DNA of 64,000 nucleotides from Candidatus Thermosaccharophagus gerlachensis (GTDB lineage Bacteria > Armatimonadota > Fervidibacteria > Fervidibacterales > Thermosaccharophagaceae): NCBI GenBank assembly GCA_041538025.1, contig JBGOEV010000007.1:1891-65890 (forward strand), given 5' to 3'. This document shows positions 21,871 through 32,876 of the stretch, piece after piece; within the stretch, counting starts at the first letter, position 1; each line of letters starts with the position of its first letter. The notes below the pieces were generated by a model. The model was not told the origin of the DNA. It ran no database searches and was given only the letters and a program-made list of their open reading frames with translations. The translations under genes and the position numbers were made by a program.

Positions 21871-23295
21871 GTGGCGACTACTAATGATGTTGAGCTGTTT
21901 ATAAGCTCTATTGCAAACACACCTCTGAAGAAAGAGCTGATATGGCTTCTGCACGAAAACAGAGTAATGGACACATACCGTGGTCTCGCCAGTTGGATGA
22001 ACAGAAGGGAAGCAGATGTGCGTGAAGCAGCAGAAGAACTCGCAAACGCAGGTTTGCTAAGGCGCATAGGCGAAGGAGAGGAAGCAGTTTACCAATATGC
22101 ACCTCCACCGGAGCTTGCACCAGTCATTGAGAAGTTCATTGCCTCTTATGTCTCCGCAAGGAGCTTGCTTTCCGATTACCTCAGTGAGCTTCAGTCAACG
22201 ATTGAGGAGATTCAGAAGGCGAGCCTTAAAGAGGTGAAACTGGAGAGGAGTAAGCTTAAGTCTATCATCCAAAGCATGCCTGTAGGCGTCATCGTAGTTG
22301 ATATGAGTGGTGAGATAGTCCTTTACAACTCCTCAGCTGCATTCCTGCTGAACATGGAAGAAAGCGATATGCATATAACGAAGGCATTTTCGCATGAAAG
22401 CCTTACGCCAATACTTGATGCAATTGAACGCGTCTTGAAAGAGGGCAGACTTGTGATATCCCGTGAACTTGAAATACCAAGTGGTTGCTTCATCAACGTC
22501 ATTGTTACTCCAGTTTATGGTGACGAGGGTATTCAACTTGGTGCTGTAGCAATACTAAGGGATGTGACGGAATTGAAACGCCTCGACCAACTCAAAATGG
22601 AATTTGTTCTCTCACTCTCACATGACATACGCTCGCCGTTAACAGCAATCAAAGGATTTGCGCTCTCACTGCTACGCGGGGTGTTCGGGAAACTTTTGCG
22701 TAAGCAATCAAAGGTTGTGGAACTCATACTAAACCAAAGCGATAAGATAGAGAGCATGGTTGAGAAGCTCACAGAAGCTATGAAAGCACTGCCAGAGACA
22801 TTCCTACTGCACACTGATGTCGTTGACCTTAACGAACTTGTGAACGAGTGTGTCACAAGCTACCTTGGAATAGCGATTGAGAGTGGAATTGAACTCAAAG
22901 CCAATCTATCTGACGAACCAGTCATAGTCACTGTAGATAGAGACGCAATCCTGCGTGTCATTTCCAACCTCGTGGATAACGCAATCAAGTATACGCCAAG
23001 CGGTGGTAAGGTAACGGTGAGCGTTAGCCAAACGAACGAATTTGCAACAATTGAGGTAGTTGATACAGGTGTAGGGATACCCCCAGAGGATCTACCAAAA
23101 ATCTTCACACCGTTCTCTCGGTTAAAGCATGCAGAGGGTGAAGCAGAGAAGAAAGGAGTAGGACTTGGATTAGCCATCGCTAAGAGGTTGACCGAAGCAC
23201 ATGGTGGAAAAATCACCGTTGAAAGTAAAGTAGGGCATGGAAGCAAATTCGTTGTTATCTTACCGCGCCATCAATATCTCACACAACAAACATGA
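21871..23295 (+). CDS. soluble sensor histidine kinase with winged-helix-like N-terminus, coiled coil, PAS, HisKA and HATPase_c
   Basis: H-box SLSHDIRSPLTAIKGF, N-box ISNLVDNAIKYTP, G1 DTGVGIP, G2 GVGLGLAIAKRL. No hydrophobic segments. N-terminal LASWMNRREADVREAAEELANAGLLRRIGEGEEAVYQY is wHTH-like. Confidence 0.8.
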   Translation: MATTNDVELFISSIANTPLKKELIWLLHENRVMDTYRGLASWMNRREADVREAAEELANAGLLRRIGEGEEAVYQYAPPPELAPVIEKFIASYVSARSLLSDYLSELQSTIEEIQKASLKEVKLERSKLKSIIQSMPVGVIVVDMSGEIVLYNSSAAFLLNMEESDMHITKAFSHESLTPILDAIERVLKEGRLVISRELEIPSGCFINVIVTPVYGDEGIQLGAVAILRDVTELKRLDQLKMEFVLSLSHDIRSPLTAIKGFALSLLRGVFGKLLRKQSKVVELILNQSDKIESMVEKLTEAMKALPETFLLHTDVVDLNELVNECVTSYLGIAIESGIELKANLSDEPVIVTVDRDAILRVISNLVDNAIKYTPSGGKVTVSVSQTNEFATIEVVDTGVGIPPEDLPKIFTPFSRLKHAEGEAEKKGVGLGLAIAKRLTEAHGGKITVESKVGHGSKFVVILPRHQYLTQQT

Positions 23296-23308
23296 AACTC
23301 GCTCTCCA

Positions 23309-25798
23309 CTATTCATTCACCGATAGGGCAAGCTCCTTCACCTTTACCACAAACTTCCCATCAACATAATCCACAACCACATGGTCACCGTCTTCAATAC
23401 GTCCTGCTAACAGTTCATCTGATAGCAAGTCAATGACATGTGTTTGCAATGCCCTTCTAAGTGGTCTTGCACCATGATACTTATCAAAACCTATGTCCGC
23501 AAGCTTCTCCTTTGCTGCTTGCGTCAGCTCAAGTGTGATGTTTCTATTACGAAGCTCATTCACAAATGGGCGCAGCTCTATATCCACAATTTTGAGGACA
23601 TGCTCTCTATGCAACGGTCTGAATACGATGACCTCGTCAACCCTGTTCCTAAACTCCGGCGTAAAGCGCTCTTCATAGAGCTGTAGCATTCTCTTCTCCA
23701 TTTCTTTAAAGACCGACTTAACCCTCTCCTCTTCATCTTCACCTCGCCTGAATCCGATACCAGCCTCCTGAATCTCCCTACCAAAGCCCCTATAGCCGAT
23801 GTTTGATGTCATGATGATGATTGCGTTTCTAAAGTCAACTGTCCTGCCTTGTGCATCAGTCAGCCTTCCTTCATCCATGATCTGTAGAAGTATGTTTGTA
23901 ACCTCTGGGTGCGCTCTATCAAATTCATCAAACAGGACAACACAGAAAGGTCTTCTCCTAACTCTCTCTGTAAGCTGTCCACCTTCCTCATACCCAACAT
24001 ATCCGGGAGGTGCACCAACAAGTCTTGAGACTGTGTGCTTCTCAGTGTATTCGGACATGTCTATGCGTATCAAAGCATCCTCGGTGCCAAAGAGGAATTC
24101 AGCCAGCACCCTTGCAAGCAATGTTTTACCAACACCAGTTGGACCGAGGAAAACGAAGCATCCAGTTGGGCGACGCGGGTCTTTGAGACCAGCTCTTGCC
24201 CTTCTTATCGCTCTTGCCACAAGCTCAATAGCATGGTCTTGCCCAACTACCCTCTCTTTGAGATACTCCTCCAAGCGCAACAGGCGCTGTGTTTCATCTT
24301 CTGTGAGGCGTTTAATCGGTATGCCAGTCCACTCAGAGACAACATGAGCAACATCTTCCTCTGTGACAACTGCCTCCTGTTCGCAAACCTTTGCCTGCCA
24401 TTCCTCCTCAAGTTGCGTTAGCTTCTCGCAGAGTGCTGCCACTTCATCTCTAAGCCTTGCTGCCTTTTCATAATCGTGCTCGTTAATAGCTCTCTCCTTC
24501 TCCGCATTTAATCTCTCAATCTCCCTTTGAAGCTCCCTTATGTGAGGTGGTGGCATACAACCTCTTAACTTCACCCTTGAGGCTGCTTCATCAATCACAT
24601 CAATTGCTTTATCTGGTAGCCTCCTGTCCGTAATGTAGCGGTGTGACAAACGCACAGCTGCCAAGATTGCTTCATCACTGATTTTGACATTGTGAAAGTT
24701 TTCGTATGTTAGGCGCAATCCCTTCAGTATCTCAACTGTCTGCTCAACTGTTGGTTCAGAAACAAAGACAGGTTGAAAACGCCTCTCAAGTGCCGGGTGC
24801 TTTTCAATGTAGCGTCTGTAGTCTTCAAGCGTTGTAGCACCAATGCAACGAAGCTCACCGCGAGCTAATGCAGGTTTCAAAATGTTTGATGCGTCAATAG
24901 CGCCTTCAGCAGCACCTGCACCAACTATGGTGTGTAACTCATCAATGAAGAGGATGATCTCACCCTGTGCTTGCTTTATTTCATTCATGATGCGCTTCAT
25001 GCGTTCCTCAAATTCCCCTCTATACTTTGTCCCGGCAACAATCGCAGCCAAATCAAGTGCAACAATCCTCTTGCCAAGCAATGGCTCTGGAACTTCCCTT
25101 TGAACAATTCTTTGAGCCAACCCTTCAACTATTGCTGTCTTCCCTACACCTGCGTCGCCAACGAGGACTGGATTATTCTTCGTGCGCCTGCTCAATATTT
25201 GAATGACGCGCTCTATTTCGCTCTCCCTGCCTATGACTGGGTCAAGCTGTCCTTCAGCGCTTAGCTGAGTCAAATCCCTGCTAAAGGAATCAAGTGCAGG
25301 CGTATTAGTGCGCTTCCTGAATTGTCTCCTTACATCGCTTGTTACATCGCCCCTCTGACTGTAACGGCTCTCATAAACCTTTCGCCTCACATCTTCAAAC
25401 CGCACACCATAGCGCATTAGAAGCCTTGCCGGAGTGCCATGCTTATCTCGCAGCAACCCAAGGAGAAGGTGCTCTGTGCCTATGTGCTTATCACCGAGGG
25501 CTTTCGCCTCATCTGCTGCAAACAGAAGCACCCTCTTTGATGCGGGAGTCAATGTTGGCTCAGTCGTCGTAAGCCTACCAGCAGTAACACTTAACTCACT
25601 CTCAACATCCATCCTGAGCTGCTCAATGTCAACGCCAAGCCTCTCAAGTATCTCAACAGCCATCGCGTCAGATTGCTTGAGGAGGGCAAGCAAGATATGC
25701 TCAGGTTGAACATGTGGGGAGCGCATCTTTATGGCTAAATCCTGAGCTTCAAGTAATACTCGCTTTGCCCTCTCTGTGTATCTATCAACCATAGTCAA
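23309..25798 (-). CDS. clpC: ATP-dependent Clp protease ATP-binding subunit ClpC
   Basis: 829 aa. Clp_N repeats, two Walker A motifs ([16 protein letters not shown]), and a UVR-like segment [12 protein letters not shown]. Confidence 0.9.
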   Translation of the reverse strand: MTMVDRYTERAKRVLLEAQDLAIKMRSPHVQPEHILLALLKQSDAMAVEILERLGVDIEQLRMDVESELSVTAGRLTTTEPTLTPASKRVLLFAADEAKALGDKHIGTEHLLLGLLRDKHGTPARLLMRYGVRFEDVRRKVYESRYSQRGDVTSDVRRQFRKRTNTPALDSFSRDLTQLSAEGQLDPVIGRESEIERVIQILSRRTKNNPVLVGDAGVGKTAIVEGLAQRIVQREVPEPLLGKRIVALDLAAIVAGTKYRGEFEERMKRIMNEIKQAQGEIILFIDELHTIVGAGAAEGAIDASNILKPALARGELRCIGATTLEDYRRYIEKHPALERRFQPVFVSEPTVEQTVEILKGLRLTYENFHNVKISDEAILAAVRLSHRYITDRRLPDKAIDVIDEAASRVKLRGCMPPPHIRELQREIERLNAEKERAINEHDYEKAARLRDEVAALCEKLTQLEEEWQAKVCEQEAVVTEEDVAHVVSEWTGIPIKRLTEDETQRLLRLEEYLKERVVGQDHAIELVARAIRRARAGLKDPRRPTGCFVFLGPTGVGKTLLARVLAEFLFGTEDALIRIDMSEYTEKHTVSRLVGAPPGYVGYEEGGQLTERVRRRPFCVVLFDEFDRAHPEVTNILLQIMDEGRLTDAQGRTVDFRNAIIIMTSNIGYRGFGREIQEAGIGFRRGEDEEERVKSVFKEMEKRMLQLYEERFTPEFRNRVDEVIVFRPLHREHVLKIVDIELRPFVNELRNRNITLELTQAAKEKLADIGFDKYHGARPLRRALQTHVIDLLSDELLAGRIEDGDHVVVDYVDGKFVVKVKELALSVNE

Positions 25799-25953
25799 TC
25801 TCCTCCATCAAATCGAATGAAGTATTGCGCTTGCATTTAATTGGATGTCAAAGTTTCATCCCCCTCTAACCACCTCCATCAAACGAGTTTGCCACTCATA
25901 AGGCAATTCGTAAACCTCACCTCCAACCCCGCACGGCACGATGAGAAACTCAC

Positions 25954-26847
25954 TCAATAAATTGGAGTCCCATCCTGCGCTGTTAGTTTCCGAAACTCTT
26001 CCATAAGCATCTTCGTTATAGGTCCCGGTTTGCCGTCACCTATCTCATGTCCGTCTATTTCAACTACGGGGACAATCTCAACTCCAGTTCCCGTCATAAA
26101 GCATTCATCAGCAACATAAAGGTCAATTGATGTAAGGACAGCTTCGTAGGCTTGTATGCCAAGCTTCTGTGCCAGTTCCAAAATGACGCCCCTTGTTATG
26201 CCACGCAGTATGCCCATATGAACTGGCGGTGTGTATAAACACTGCTTCTTTACGATGAAGATGTTCTCACCCGACCCTTCAGCAACGTAGCCATCAATCG
26301 TTAGCATTATAGCCTCCTGCTTGCCAGCTAACTTTGCTTCCATCTTCGCCAAGATGTTGTTCAAGTAGTTGAGAGATTTTATCGCTGGGTTAAGCACCTG
26401 ATGCGAGCTACGCCTCGTTGAGACCGTTATGGCTGTAATGCCTTTCTCGTATAGCTCCTGTGGGAAAAGCTCTATGTAGTCAGCAATAATGATCACAGTT
26501 GGGTTTGAGCACTTCCAAGGTTCAAGCCCAAGGTCCCCGATGCCCCTTGTGACGACAACCCTTATGTATGCGTCTTTGAGGTTGTTTTTCCTCAGCGTTT
26601 CTAATATGGCTTGACGCATTTCTTGCTTAGAGATAGGTATGTTGAGCCATATGCAGTGAGCCGACTCATATAACCTGTCCAGATGCTCGTCAAGCTTGAA
26701 GACTTTTCCCCCGTATGCTCTTATGCCCTCGAAGACTCCATCGCCGTATAGCAACCCGTGGTCAAAAACCGAGATCTTAGCTTGGCTCTTTGGGGTAAAT
26801 TCACCGTTGATGTAGACAAACAGTTCCCCCTCCCTCGAATCACTCAT
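25954..26847 (-). CDS. ilvE: branched-chain-amino-acid aminotransferase (class IV)
   Basis: ORF 25954..26868. Start ATG 26847 has the better SD. Motifs [18 protein letters not shown] and EGSGENIF. Confidence 0.85.
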   Translation of the reverse strand: MSDSREGELFVYINGEFTPKSQAKISVFDHGLLYGDGVFEGIRAYGGKVFKLDEHLDRLYESAHCIWLNIPISKQEMRQAILETLRKNNLKDAYIRVVVTRGIGDLGLEPWKCSNPTVIIIADYIELFPQELYEKGITAITVSTRRSSHQVLNPAIKSLNYLNNILAKMEAKLAGKQEAIMLTIDGYVAEGSGENIFIVKKQCLYTPPVHMGILRGITRGVILELAQKLGIQAYEAVLTSIDLYVADECFMTGTGVEIVPVVEIDGHEIGDGKPGPITKMLMEEFRKLTAQDGTPIY

Positions 26848-26895
26848 ATTTGCTTCACCCTCTCCCATCGCAGACGAAGCTTTGTCCTGTTATCG

Positions 26896-28086
26896 TTACT
26901 TCTTAAACTCTGGGAGTATCTCAACTTTCACCCACGCCTTTTCACTTGCAGAGCGCTCAATTGCATCAAGGACACGCTGGCACTGAACGCCATCGTAGAA
27001 GTTCGGTTCCGGCAACCTATCCTCAGCGATGGCGCAGAGAAGGTCATAGACAGTGTGAGTAAATGTGTGCTCATATCCGATTATGTGCCCCGGTGGCCAC
27101 CATGCTTTGATATATGCATGGTGATCTGGCTCTGTAACCATGATCGTTCTAAAGCCATGTATCTCAGGTGGGTCATCCCTGAGGTAAAGCTCAAGCTCGT
27201 TCATCCTTTCAAGGTTGAAGACAAGCGAACCATTGCTCCCGTTGATTTCAAACCTGTTATAGTTTTTGCGTCCCGGAGCAAAGCGTGTTGCCTCAATGTA
27301 TCCGACAGCGCCGTTCTCAAAGCGAACAAGTGAAAGGGAGCAGTCATCAACATCAACAACACCCTTCTGCTCAGCCACTGCCTCCGCTGCAAGCCCTTCA
27401 GCACGCGCTGCAAGCAACGGGCGTTCTTTGATAAATGTCTCAAGCAAACCACATACCTCAACTATTTCACCAACGAGGAAGCGAGCTAAATCAATCACAT
27501 GCGCAGCCAAATCACCAAGCGCTCCAGAACCAGCTACACTCTTTTGCAAGCGCCAAACGAGTGGGAAGTTGGGATCTACAATCCAATCCTGAAGGTATGT
27601 TCCTCTGAAGTGGTATATCTTTCCGAGCCTTCCCTCGCTTATAAGTTTCTTTGCCAACTGGACAGCGGGCGCACGCCTGTAGTTGAAGCAGATGGCATGC
27701 TTCACACCAGCCTTCTCAACAGCCTTCAACATCTCCTCAGCTTCCTGAAGGTTGCGTGCAAGTGGCTTCTCACAAAAAACATGCTTGCCCGCAGAAGCTG
27801 CCTCAACTGCTATTGGATGATGCGAATCGTTTGGTGTAACGATATCAACCAACTCAATATCGTTACGCTTAACCAGCTGACGCCAATCCGTTTCATAGCT
27901 TTCCCACCCATATTGCTTTGCTGCCTTCTCAACTGCTTCTTTAGAACGTCCGCATATCGCAACCATGCGAGGTATCAGAGGCGGTGAGAAGAAATGCTTC
28001 ACATTACGCCACGCCTGACTGTGAGCCTTCCCCATAAACGCATATCCTACAAGACCTACTCCGATCTCCCTCACTTGTTGCGCCAT
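26896..28086 (-). CDS. Gfo/Idh/MocA-family NAD(P)-dependent oxidoreductase
   Basis: N-terminal Rossmann [14 protein letters not shown] and the EKP motif (VFCEKPLA). Confidence 0.8.
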   Translation of the reverse strand: MAQQVREIGVGLVGYAFMGKAHSQAWRNVKHFFSPPLIPRMVAICGRSKEAVEKAAKQYGWESYETDWRQLVKRNDIELVDIVTPNDSHHPIAVEAASAGKHVFCEKPLARNLQEAEEMLKAVEKAGVKHAICFNYRRAPAVQLAKKLISEGRLGKIYHFRGTYLQDWIVDPNFPLVWRLQKSVAGSGALGDLAAHVIDLARFLVGEIVEVCGLLETFIKERPLLAARAEGLAAEAVAEQKGVVDVDDCSLSLVRFENGAVGYIEATRFAPGRKNYNRFEINGSNGSLVFNLERMNELELYLRDDPPEIHGFRTIMVTEPDHHAYIKAWWPPGHIIGYEHTFTHTVYDLLCAIAEDRLPEPNFYDGVQCQRVLDAIERSASEKAWVKVEILPEFKK

Positions 28087-28184
28087 AGTTCAACACCTCC
28101 TCACACATCGTTTTACTCTGGCGCTTACAATTTTAACGCTTACCCGCAAGGATGGAAAACGAGTCATCATGCCATAATGACGCT

Positions 28185-29225
28185 TCAGCGTTTCCTTGTG
28201 ACCTCGCCCTGCTTCTCTGGTTGCGCACCTTTCTCAACCAACTCCTTCAACGCAGCAACCATGACTTTGATCTTCCCTTCCTTGAGTGCTTTGTCCCAGA
28301 GCTCGCTTATAAAAGCTCTTGCCCTCAAGGCAAGTTGTTCACTGAAAAGCTCCTTCTCAATTTCTGCCTTTGCTTCTTCAAACGGAACTTTAGGTGGCAC
28401 CTTTATATCTCGCACCCAAAGTATCACCCAATAGTTAACGCCATCAATCTGAACCTGAGTTGGTGGGAATATCTCGCCCGGTTTTGCAGCACGCAGTATG
28501 AGCTTATACTCATGTGGCAGTTCATCCAAGCTAAGGTAACCCCTTGAACCTAAAAGCTTTGCTGTCGGCATCTTTGAATGCTTTAAGGCAAGCGTTGAAA
28601 AAACTCTCGCTATGTCTTTGCGCTCTCTTTGAGCACGAAGCAGTTCACCCCAAATGGCATTTGCCTCCTCTGGTGTTAGAACACCTATCTCACGCACATC
28701 ATACACAGGGTCTGGGTTGAAGCGCTTGTATACTTGTGGACGATAGTAATATCGGCGCATCTCAACATCATCAATTCGTATCTCATTTCGTAGCATCTTC
28801 TCAAGGAGCACATACTTCTTGGCTTCAGCCCACAGCATCATCGGGCTTATGTTTGGTGGTAGACCTGCCCTCATGAGCTTCTCGGTTTCTTTCTTCTCAA
28901 GGGCTTCAAACAGCGGGTTGAAACGCTCAAGCACTTCCTTATCGGTAGCACTTATGCCGCGCCTTCTCGCCTCACCCTCTATCAGCATGAGCGTGACCAT
29001 GCTACGCAAAACCTCAACACCATGATCGCACAAAAGCCTCGCTATGAAATCTTCACGGCTTATTGGCGCACCATCAACAATCGCGACAACTTCTGGGATA
29101 TCGTAATATCGCTTCAGAAAGTCTGGCTCACCACAAACCCCAAACCTCGCAAGGATAAGGGAAGCGCAAACATACAAAACAACTTGAGGGGCACAAGACA
29201 ACTTACTTCCCATCTTTTTCACCAC
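28185..29225 (-). CDS. secreted parvulin-type peptidyl-prolyl isomerase (SurA/PrsA-like)
   Basis: Signal/anchor-like N-terminus SCAPQVVLYVCASLILARFGVCG. SurA_N-like helical region followed by a PpiC-like segment ...HSKMPTAKLLGSRGYLSLDELP... Confidence 0.6.
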   Translation of the reverse strand: MVKKMGSKLSCAPQVVLYVCASLILARFGVCGEPDFLKRYYDIPEVVAIVDGAPISREDFIARLLCDHGVEVLRSMVTLMLIEGEARRRGISATDKEVLERFNPLFEALEKKETEKLMRAGLPPNISPMMLWAEAKKYVLLEKMLRNEIRIDDVEMRRYYYRPQVYKRFNPDPVYDVREIGVLTPEEANAIWGELLRAQRERKDIARVFSTLALKHSKMPTAKLLGSRGYLSLDELPHEYKLILRAAKPGEIFPPTQVQIDGVNYWVILWVRDIKVPPKVPFEEAKAEIEKELFSEQLALRARAFISELWDKALKEGKIKVMVAALKELVEKGAQPEKQGEVTRKR

Positions 29226-29964
29226 CCGTAGCCATCATTGCAGTTGTTACAGCCTCAGTGTAACACAGCTTCCCCTCATAGAGCGCTTTCCCAACGATGC
29301 ACCCGATGACCCTCGGATATAGCCTCGCAAGCTCCCTTATGTGCTGTGATGTGGTTATACCACCTGATGCGATCACTTTTAGTGACGATGAGAGAGACAC
29401 AACCTCTGCTATACCTTCTATGTTCGGTCCAAGCATTGTCCCATCACGCTTCACATCAGTGTAGATGACGGTCTCAACGCCGATCTCCTCAAGTTGCCTC
29501 ACCATCTCCACAGGGGTTAATTGCGTCTCTCTCTTCCAACCGCGCACCACGATTTTCCCGTCCCTAACATCAACTGCCACAGCTATCCTACTGCCATACT
29601 TTCCTACAGCCTCGGCGAGCAGTGCTTTGTTCTCAACGGCGGTTGTTCCCAAGATAACTCTCTCAACACCGAGGGACAAGACAGCCTCAATATCGCTCAG
29701 CTCTCTAACACCCCCACCGAATTGCAACTTACACTCCACTGCCTGCCGTATTCGTGAAAGCGTATGCAAGTTCTTTGGCTTCCCCTCAAGTGCGCCATCA
29801 AGGTCAACGATGTGTAGCCATTTAGCACCCAAACTTGCCCAATGCAACGCTGCTCTAACTGGGTCTTCGTCATAGATGGTTTGCAGATTAAAATCACCAC
29901 GAACCAACCGAACACATTTGCCCCCTCGTATATCAACAGCAGGTATGACCATAAATCCACTCAT
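29203..29964 (-). CDS. hisA: ProFAR isomerase HisA
   Basis: ORF 29203..29976. IPAVDIRGGKCVRLVRGDF and GGGVR motifs. The start is ambiguous (29976, 29964 or 29952). No other his genes are adjacent. Confidence 0.85.
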   Translation of the reverse strand: MSGFMVIPAVDIRGGKCVRLVRGDFNLQTIYDEDPVRAALHWASLGAKWLHIVDLDGALEGKPKNLHTLSRIRQAVECKLQFGGGVRELSDIEAVLSLGVERVILGTTAVENKALLAEAVGKYGSRIAVAVDVRDGKIVVRGWKRETQLTPVEMVRQLEEIGVETVIYTDVKRDGTMLGPNIEGIAEVVSLSSSLKVIASGGITTSQHIRELARLYPRVIGCIVGKALYEGKLCYTEAVTTAMMATGGEKDGK

Positions 29965-30034
29965 CACCATATTCACCTTACAGGTGCCTCAAGCACATGC
30001 GCCTCCAAGGACACATTGAAATCTTGCGTAGCTC

Positions 30035-30343
30035 TTAATCCTCAACGCTACTGAAGAGCCATTCAATGGCAGTTAACCAGAGCAATATAGCTGCCTCTTC
30101 AGCTGGCATATCTAAAGCCTTCCTGAAGAAGCGGCGCATGACATCAAGGTATGAGTCGGATGTCTCATCAACGACAACAAATTGACCGCGCTTCATCTGT
30201 GACGATAACTCAGCGTGAACGAGCGCGACAAACCTTTGGACGCTCTCAGGCGTAGCACGCTCAAGCTCTTCACCAAACTCCGCTATTGCTCTTTCTTTAA
30301 GCTCCTGTAGCGTCAATCGCATCACCTCGCCAAAGAAAAGCAC
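30035..30343 (-). CDS. hypothetical small acidic protein
   Basis: 102-aa ORF in the hisA-ispF gap, co-directional with its neighbours. No recognisable motif. Start uncertain (GTG 30343 or ATG 30322). Confidence 0.4.
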   Translation of the reverse strand: MLFFGEVMRLTLQELKERAIAEFGEELERATPESVQRFVALVHAELSSQMKRGQFVVVDETSDSYLDVMRRFFRKALDMPAEEAAILLWLTAIEWLFSSVED

Positions 30344-30383
30344 CTAATGTAAAAAGCAAGCTTTACACTCGTCATAACACTTT

Positions 30384-30872
30384 CTATGCTTTCCTTCGCA
30401 GTAACACAACAGCGAACGCTTCAATCCCTTCTTCCCTTCCTACAAATCCAAGCCCGTTTGTTGTCTTAGCTTTTACACTCACAGAATCCATCGGCAAGCC
30501 AATAATCGAAGACAGCCTCTGGCGCATTGCTTCCCTATGCGGACTAAGCTTCGGTGCGCTCGCCACTATAACTACATCAACTTGCGCAACTTCATAACCT
30601 GCTTCACGAACAAGGTTTACCACGTGCTCAAGTAGGAATGTGCTTGATATACCTTCATACTTTGGGTCATCGCTTGGGAAAAGCTCACCTATGTCACCCA
30701 AACAGGCAGCACCAAGGATAGCATCACAAATTGCATGGAGTGCAACATCTCCATCGGAATGCCCAGCAAGCCCTCTATCATGTGGAACGAGCACACCGCA
30801 AAGAAAAAGTTTCCTTCCCTCAACGAATGGATGGGCATCGTAGCCAAAACCAACCCTTGCAACTTCGCTCAT
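30384..30872 (-). CDS. ispF: 2-C-methyl-D-erythritol 2,4-cyclodiphosphate synthase
   Basis: Motifs GFGYDAHPF and GHSDGDVALHA. ATG 30872 overlaps the ispD stop (TGATG coupling). Confidence 0.9.
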   Translation of the reverse strand: MSEVARVGFGYDAHPFVEGRKLFLCGVLVPHDRGLAGHSDGDVALHAICDAILGAACLGDIGELFPSDDPKYEGISSTFLLEHVVNLVREAGYEVAQVDVVIVASAPKLSPHREAMRQRLSSIIGLPMDSVSVKAKTTNGLGFVGREEGIEAFAVVLLRRKA

Positions 30873-31669
30873 CAGCACTCACCGTCTGACCGAAGCCGAA
30901 TATGGTTTTGAGCTGTCTTCAGCTCACATCCACACCTTATCATTTCGCCCGAGGCAATTCTCTCTTTGAGGAAGGACTCAACGATGAGAAGGTCATTCTT
31001 TTCCGTCACCTTTATATTGCAAGGGTCTCCCGCAACAAGCTTCACTTTGGCACCTATGGCTTCAACTAATGCTGCATCATCTGTGCTGAGAAGACCCACC
31101 TTCTTTGCCCTCTCATGTGCACGAATTAGCAACTTGCAGGAGAAGGCTTGAGGCGTTTGAACGAGGTAAAGGTTTTGCCTCGAGAGAGTCCGCAAAACGA
31201 ACCCACCTGCATCGGCTTCTTTAACTGTGTCAGTGCAAGGTATAGCAGCTGTAGCTGCACCATGTTCAATAGCTGCCTCTACCACCTTGCTAACAAGCTG
31301 TGGCGTGACGAGAGGACGCGCAGCATCGTGCACAACAACATAACCATCTTCGCTACCAATAGCTTTTAGCGCATTGTAAACGCTCTCTTGTCTTTCTGAG
31401 CCTCCCACAACAAGCGCTATCTCCATGCTACTGTAATGTTGCTCAGCTATATGCAGCACATCTTCTTGCTCATCTTCTCTTACGCAGATAATTAGCCTTT
31501 TAATGAAACCTGTGGCGCACAGAGCTTTCAAGACCCACGATAATATTGGTTCCCCTGCAACGTGGATCAAGACTTTGTTTCGTCCAACACCCATCCTAAC
31601 AGCCTTACCAGCTGCGGGAACTATGGCTGTTATTGCTTCCAAACAACCACCCTTCTTCATCTTCTTCAC
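30872..31669 (-). CDS. ispD: 2-C-methyl-D-erythritol 4-phosphate cytidylyltransferase
   Basis: AIVPAAGKAVRMG P-loop-like motif. Lies upstream of ispF, as in many bacteria. Confidence 0.85.
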   Translation of the reverse strand: MKKMKKGGCLEAITAIVPAAGKAVRMGVGRNKVLIHVAGEPILSWVLKALCATGFIKRLIICVREDEQEDVLHIAEQHYSSMEIALVVGGSERQESVYNALKAIGSEDGYVVVHDAARPLVTPQLVSKVVEAAIEHGAATAAIPCTDTVKEADAGGFVLRTLSRQNLYLVQTPQAFSCKLLIRAHERAKKVGLLSTDDAALVEAIGAKVKLVAGDPCNIKVTEKNDLLIVESFLKERIASGEMIRCGCELKTAQNHIRLRSDGEC

Positions 31670-32822
31670 TCAATTCGCGAACGAACTCAGCGAATATCAT
31701 TTTGCCAGAAGCTGTTTGGCTCACATTGCGCACAGTTGTGCGCACCTTCTTACCGATATGTCTTTTTCCACCTTCAACAACGACCATTGTGCCATCATCC
31801 AAGTAGCCAACACCTTGTCCTGGATGGGTTCCCTCACGCACAATGTAGACATCAAGCTCTTCACCGGGTATGACGACTATCTTTAGTGCGTTTGCAAGCA
31901 CATTCAAATTTAGCACTGGCACATGGTGGAGGTGCGCTATGCGTTGAAGCCCCTCATCATTTGTGATTATAGCTGCATCCAACTCCTCAGCAAGCCTTAT
32001 TAGCTTCATGTCCACTGTCGGTGCTCGCTCAACATTACTGCTGTAGTTGTCTATGACCTCAATCCTCTGTGGATATGCTTGCCTCAATTCTGTAAGCATT
32101 TGCAACCCTCTTCTACCTCTTGCCCTCTTAAGTGGGTCTTCTGAGTCACGTATGCGTTGCAGTTCGTGAAGAACAAAATCGGGTATGCATATCCTCCCCT
32201 CTATAAACCCAGATGCTACAACTCCGTTGAGTCTTCCGTCTATGATGACACTTGTGTCAAGCAGCTTCAGTCGCGCAAGTTGGTAAGAGCTCGTGTCACT
32301 CTCCGCAGATGTCGGTTGCAACTCACCGATACGAGCACGCAAAAACCTCGGAAAGAATCTCGCCAGCTCCTCCTTCACACCAACCATAATGCGAAGGCAG
32401 ATGTAAAGAGAGAAAGCTGTAACTGGGATTATGATAACGAGCGCCATTTCCCAAGACTGGATCTGGGATCTAAATACGCTCAATGGTGGAAGGAGGATAA
32501 GGTAGGAGAGTATCAACCCAAGCAACACACCAAACAACGCTGCGAGTTTGTCTGCGAGTGGTATTTTGTCAAGGCGAAACAGAACATCGGCAGCCTTCCA
32601 ACCAAGAGGGCTACCAACAAGATAGCCAAGTAAAACCATCACGATGACTATGCCAGCACGACTAAGTAACTCTAAATGCCCTTTACCTGGTCCAAGGTAT
32701 TGCAGAAGCCACCCTGTATACAGGATGCTCAAACGCACACCAGCCAGCGCAAAAAAGATGATAACGCAAATCACTGTGATCAACCATACAAAGTTTTGGA
32801 AACGGCGGTTCAACTCCCTCAC
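31605..32822 (-). CDS. membrane-anchored PIN/TRAM-domain protein (YacL-like)
   Basis: Four N-terminal hydrophobic helices. PIN-like LLDTSVIIDGR...ITNDEGL and a C-terminal TRAM-like beta region. The order radA-yacL-ispD-ispF matches B. subtilis. Confidence 0.7.
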   Translation of the reverse strand: MRELNRRFQNFVWLITVICVIIFFALAGVRLSILYTGWLLQYLGPGKGHLELLSRAGIVIVMVLLGYLVGSPLGWKAADVLFRLDKIPLADKLAALFGVLLGLILSYLILLPPLSVFRSQIQSWEMALVIIIPVTAFSLYICLRIMVGVKEELARFFPRFLRARIGELQPTSAESDTSSYQLARLKLLDTSVIIDGRLNGVVASGFIEGRICIPDFVLHELQRIRDSEDPLKRARGRRGLQMLTELRQAYPQRIEVIDNYSSNVERAPTVDMKLIRLAEELDAAIITNDEGLQRIAHLHHVPVLNLNVLANALKIVVIPGEELDVYIVREGTHPGQGVGYLDDGTMVVVEGGKRHIGKKVRTTVRNVSQTASGKMIFAEFVRELSEEDEEGWLFGSNNSHSSRSW

Positions 32823-32876
32823 TCCCCTTTGTTTAAGTCTCTTTCAAAGGCTTCCTTCACTCCATCATTATGGTGT

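Noticed and set aside
25799-25953. CtsR operator (tandem GGTCAAA heptads) upstream of clpC
   Set aside because: Only a single GTCAAAG is present and there is no direct repeat. A TTGACA -35-like hexamer is there, but the -10 is poor, so I made no feature call.
31605-31669. 65-nt overlap between the yacL-like gene and ispD as a sign of frameshift or fusion
   Set aside because: Both frames are intact and both products have complete domains. The overlap most likely reflects an ispD start slightly downstream or a short non-conserved YacL tail.
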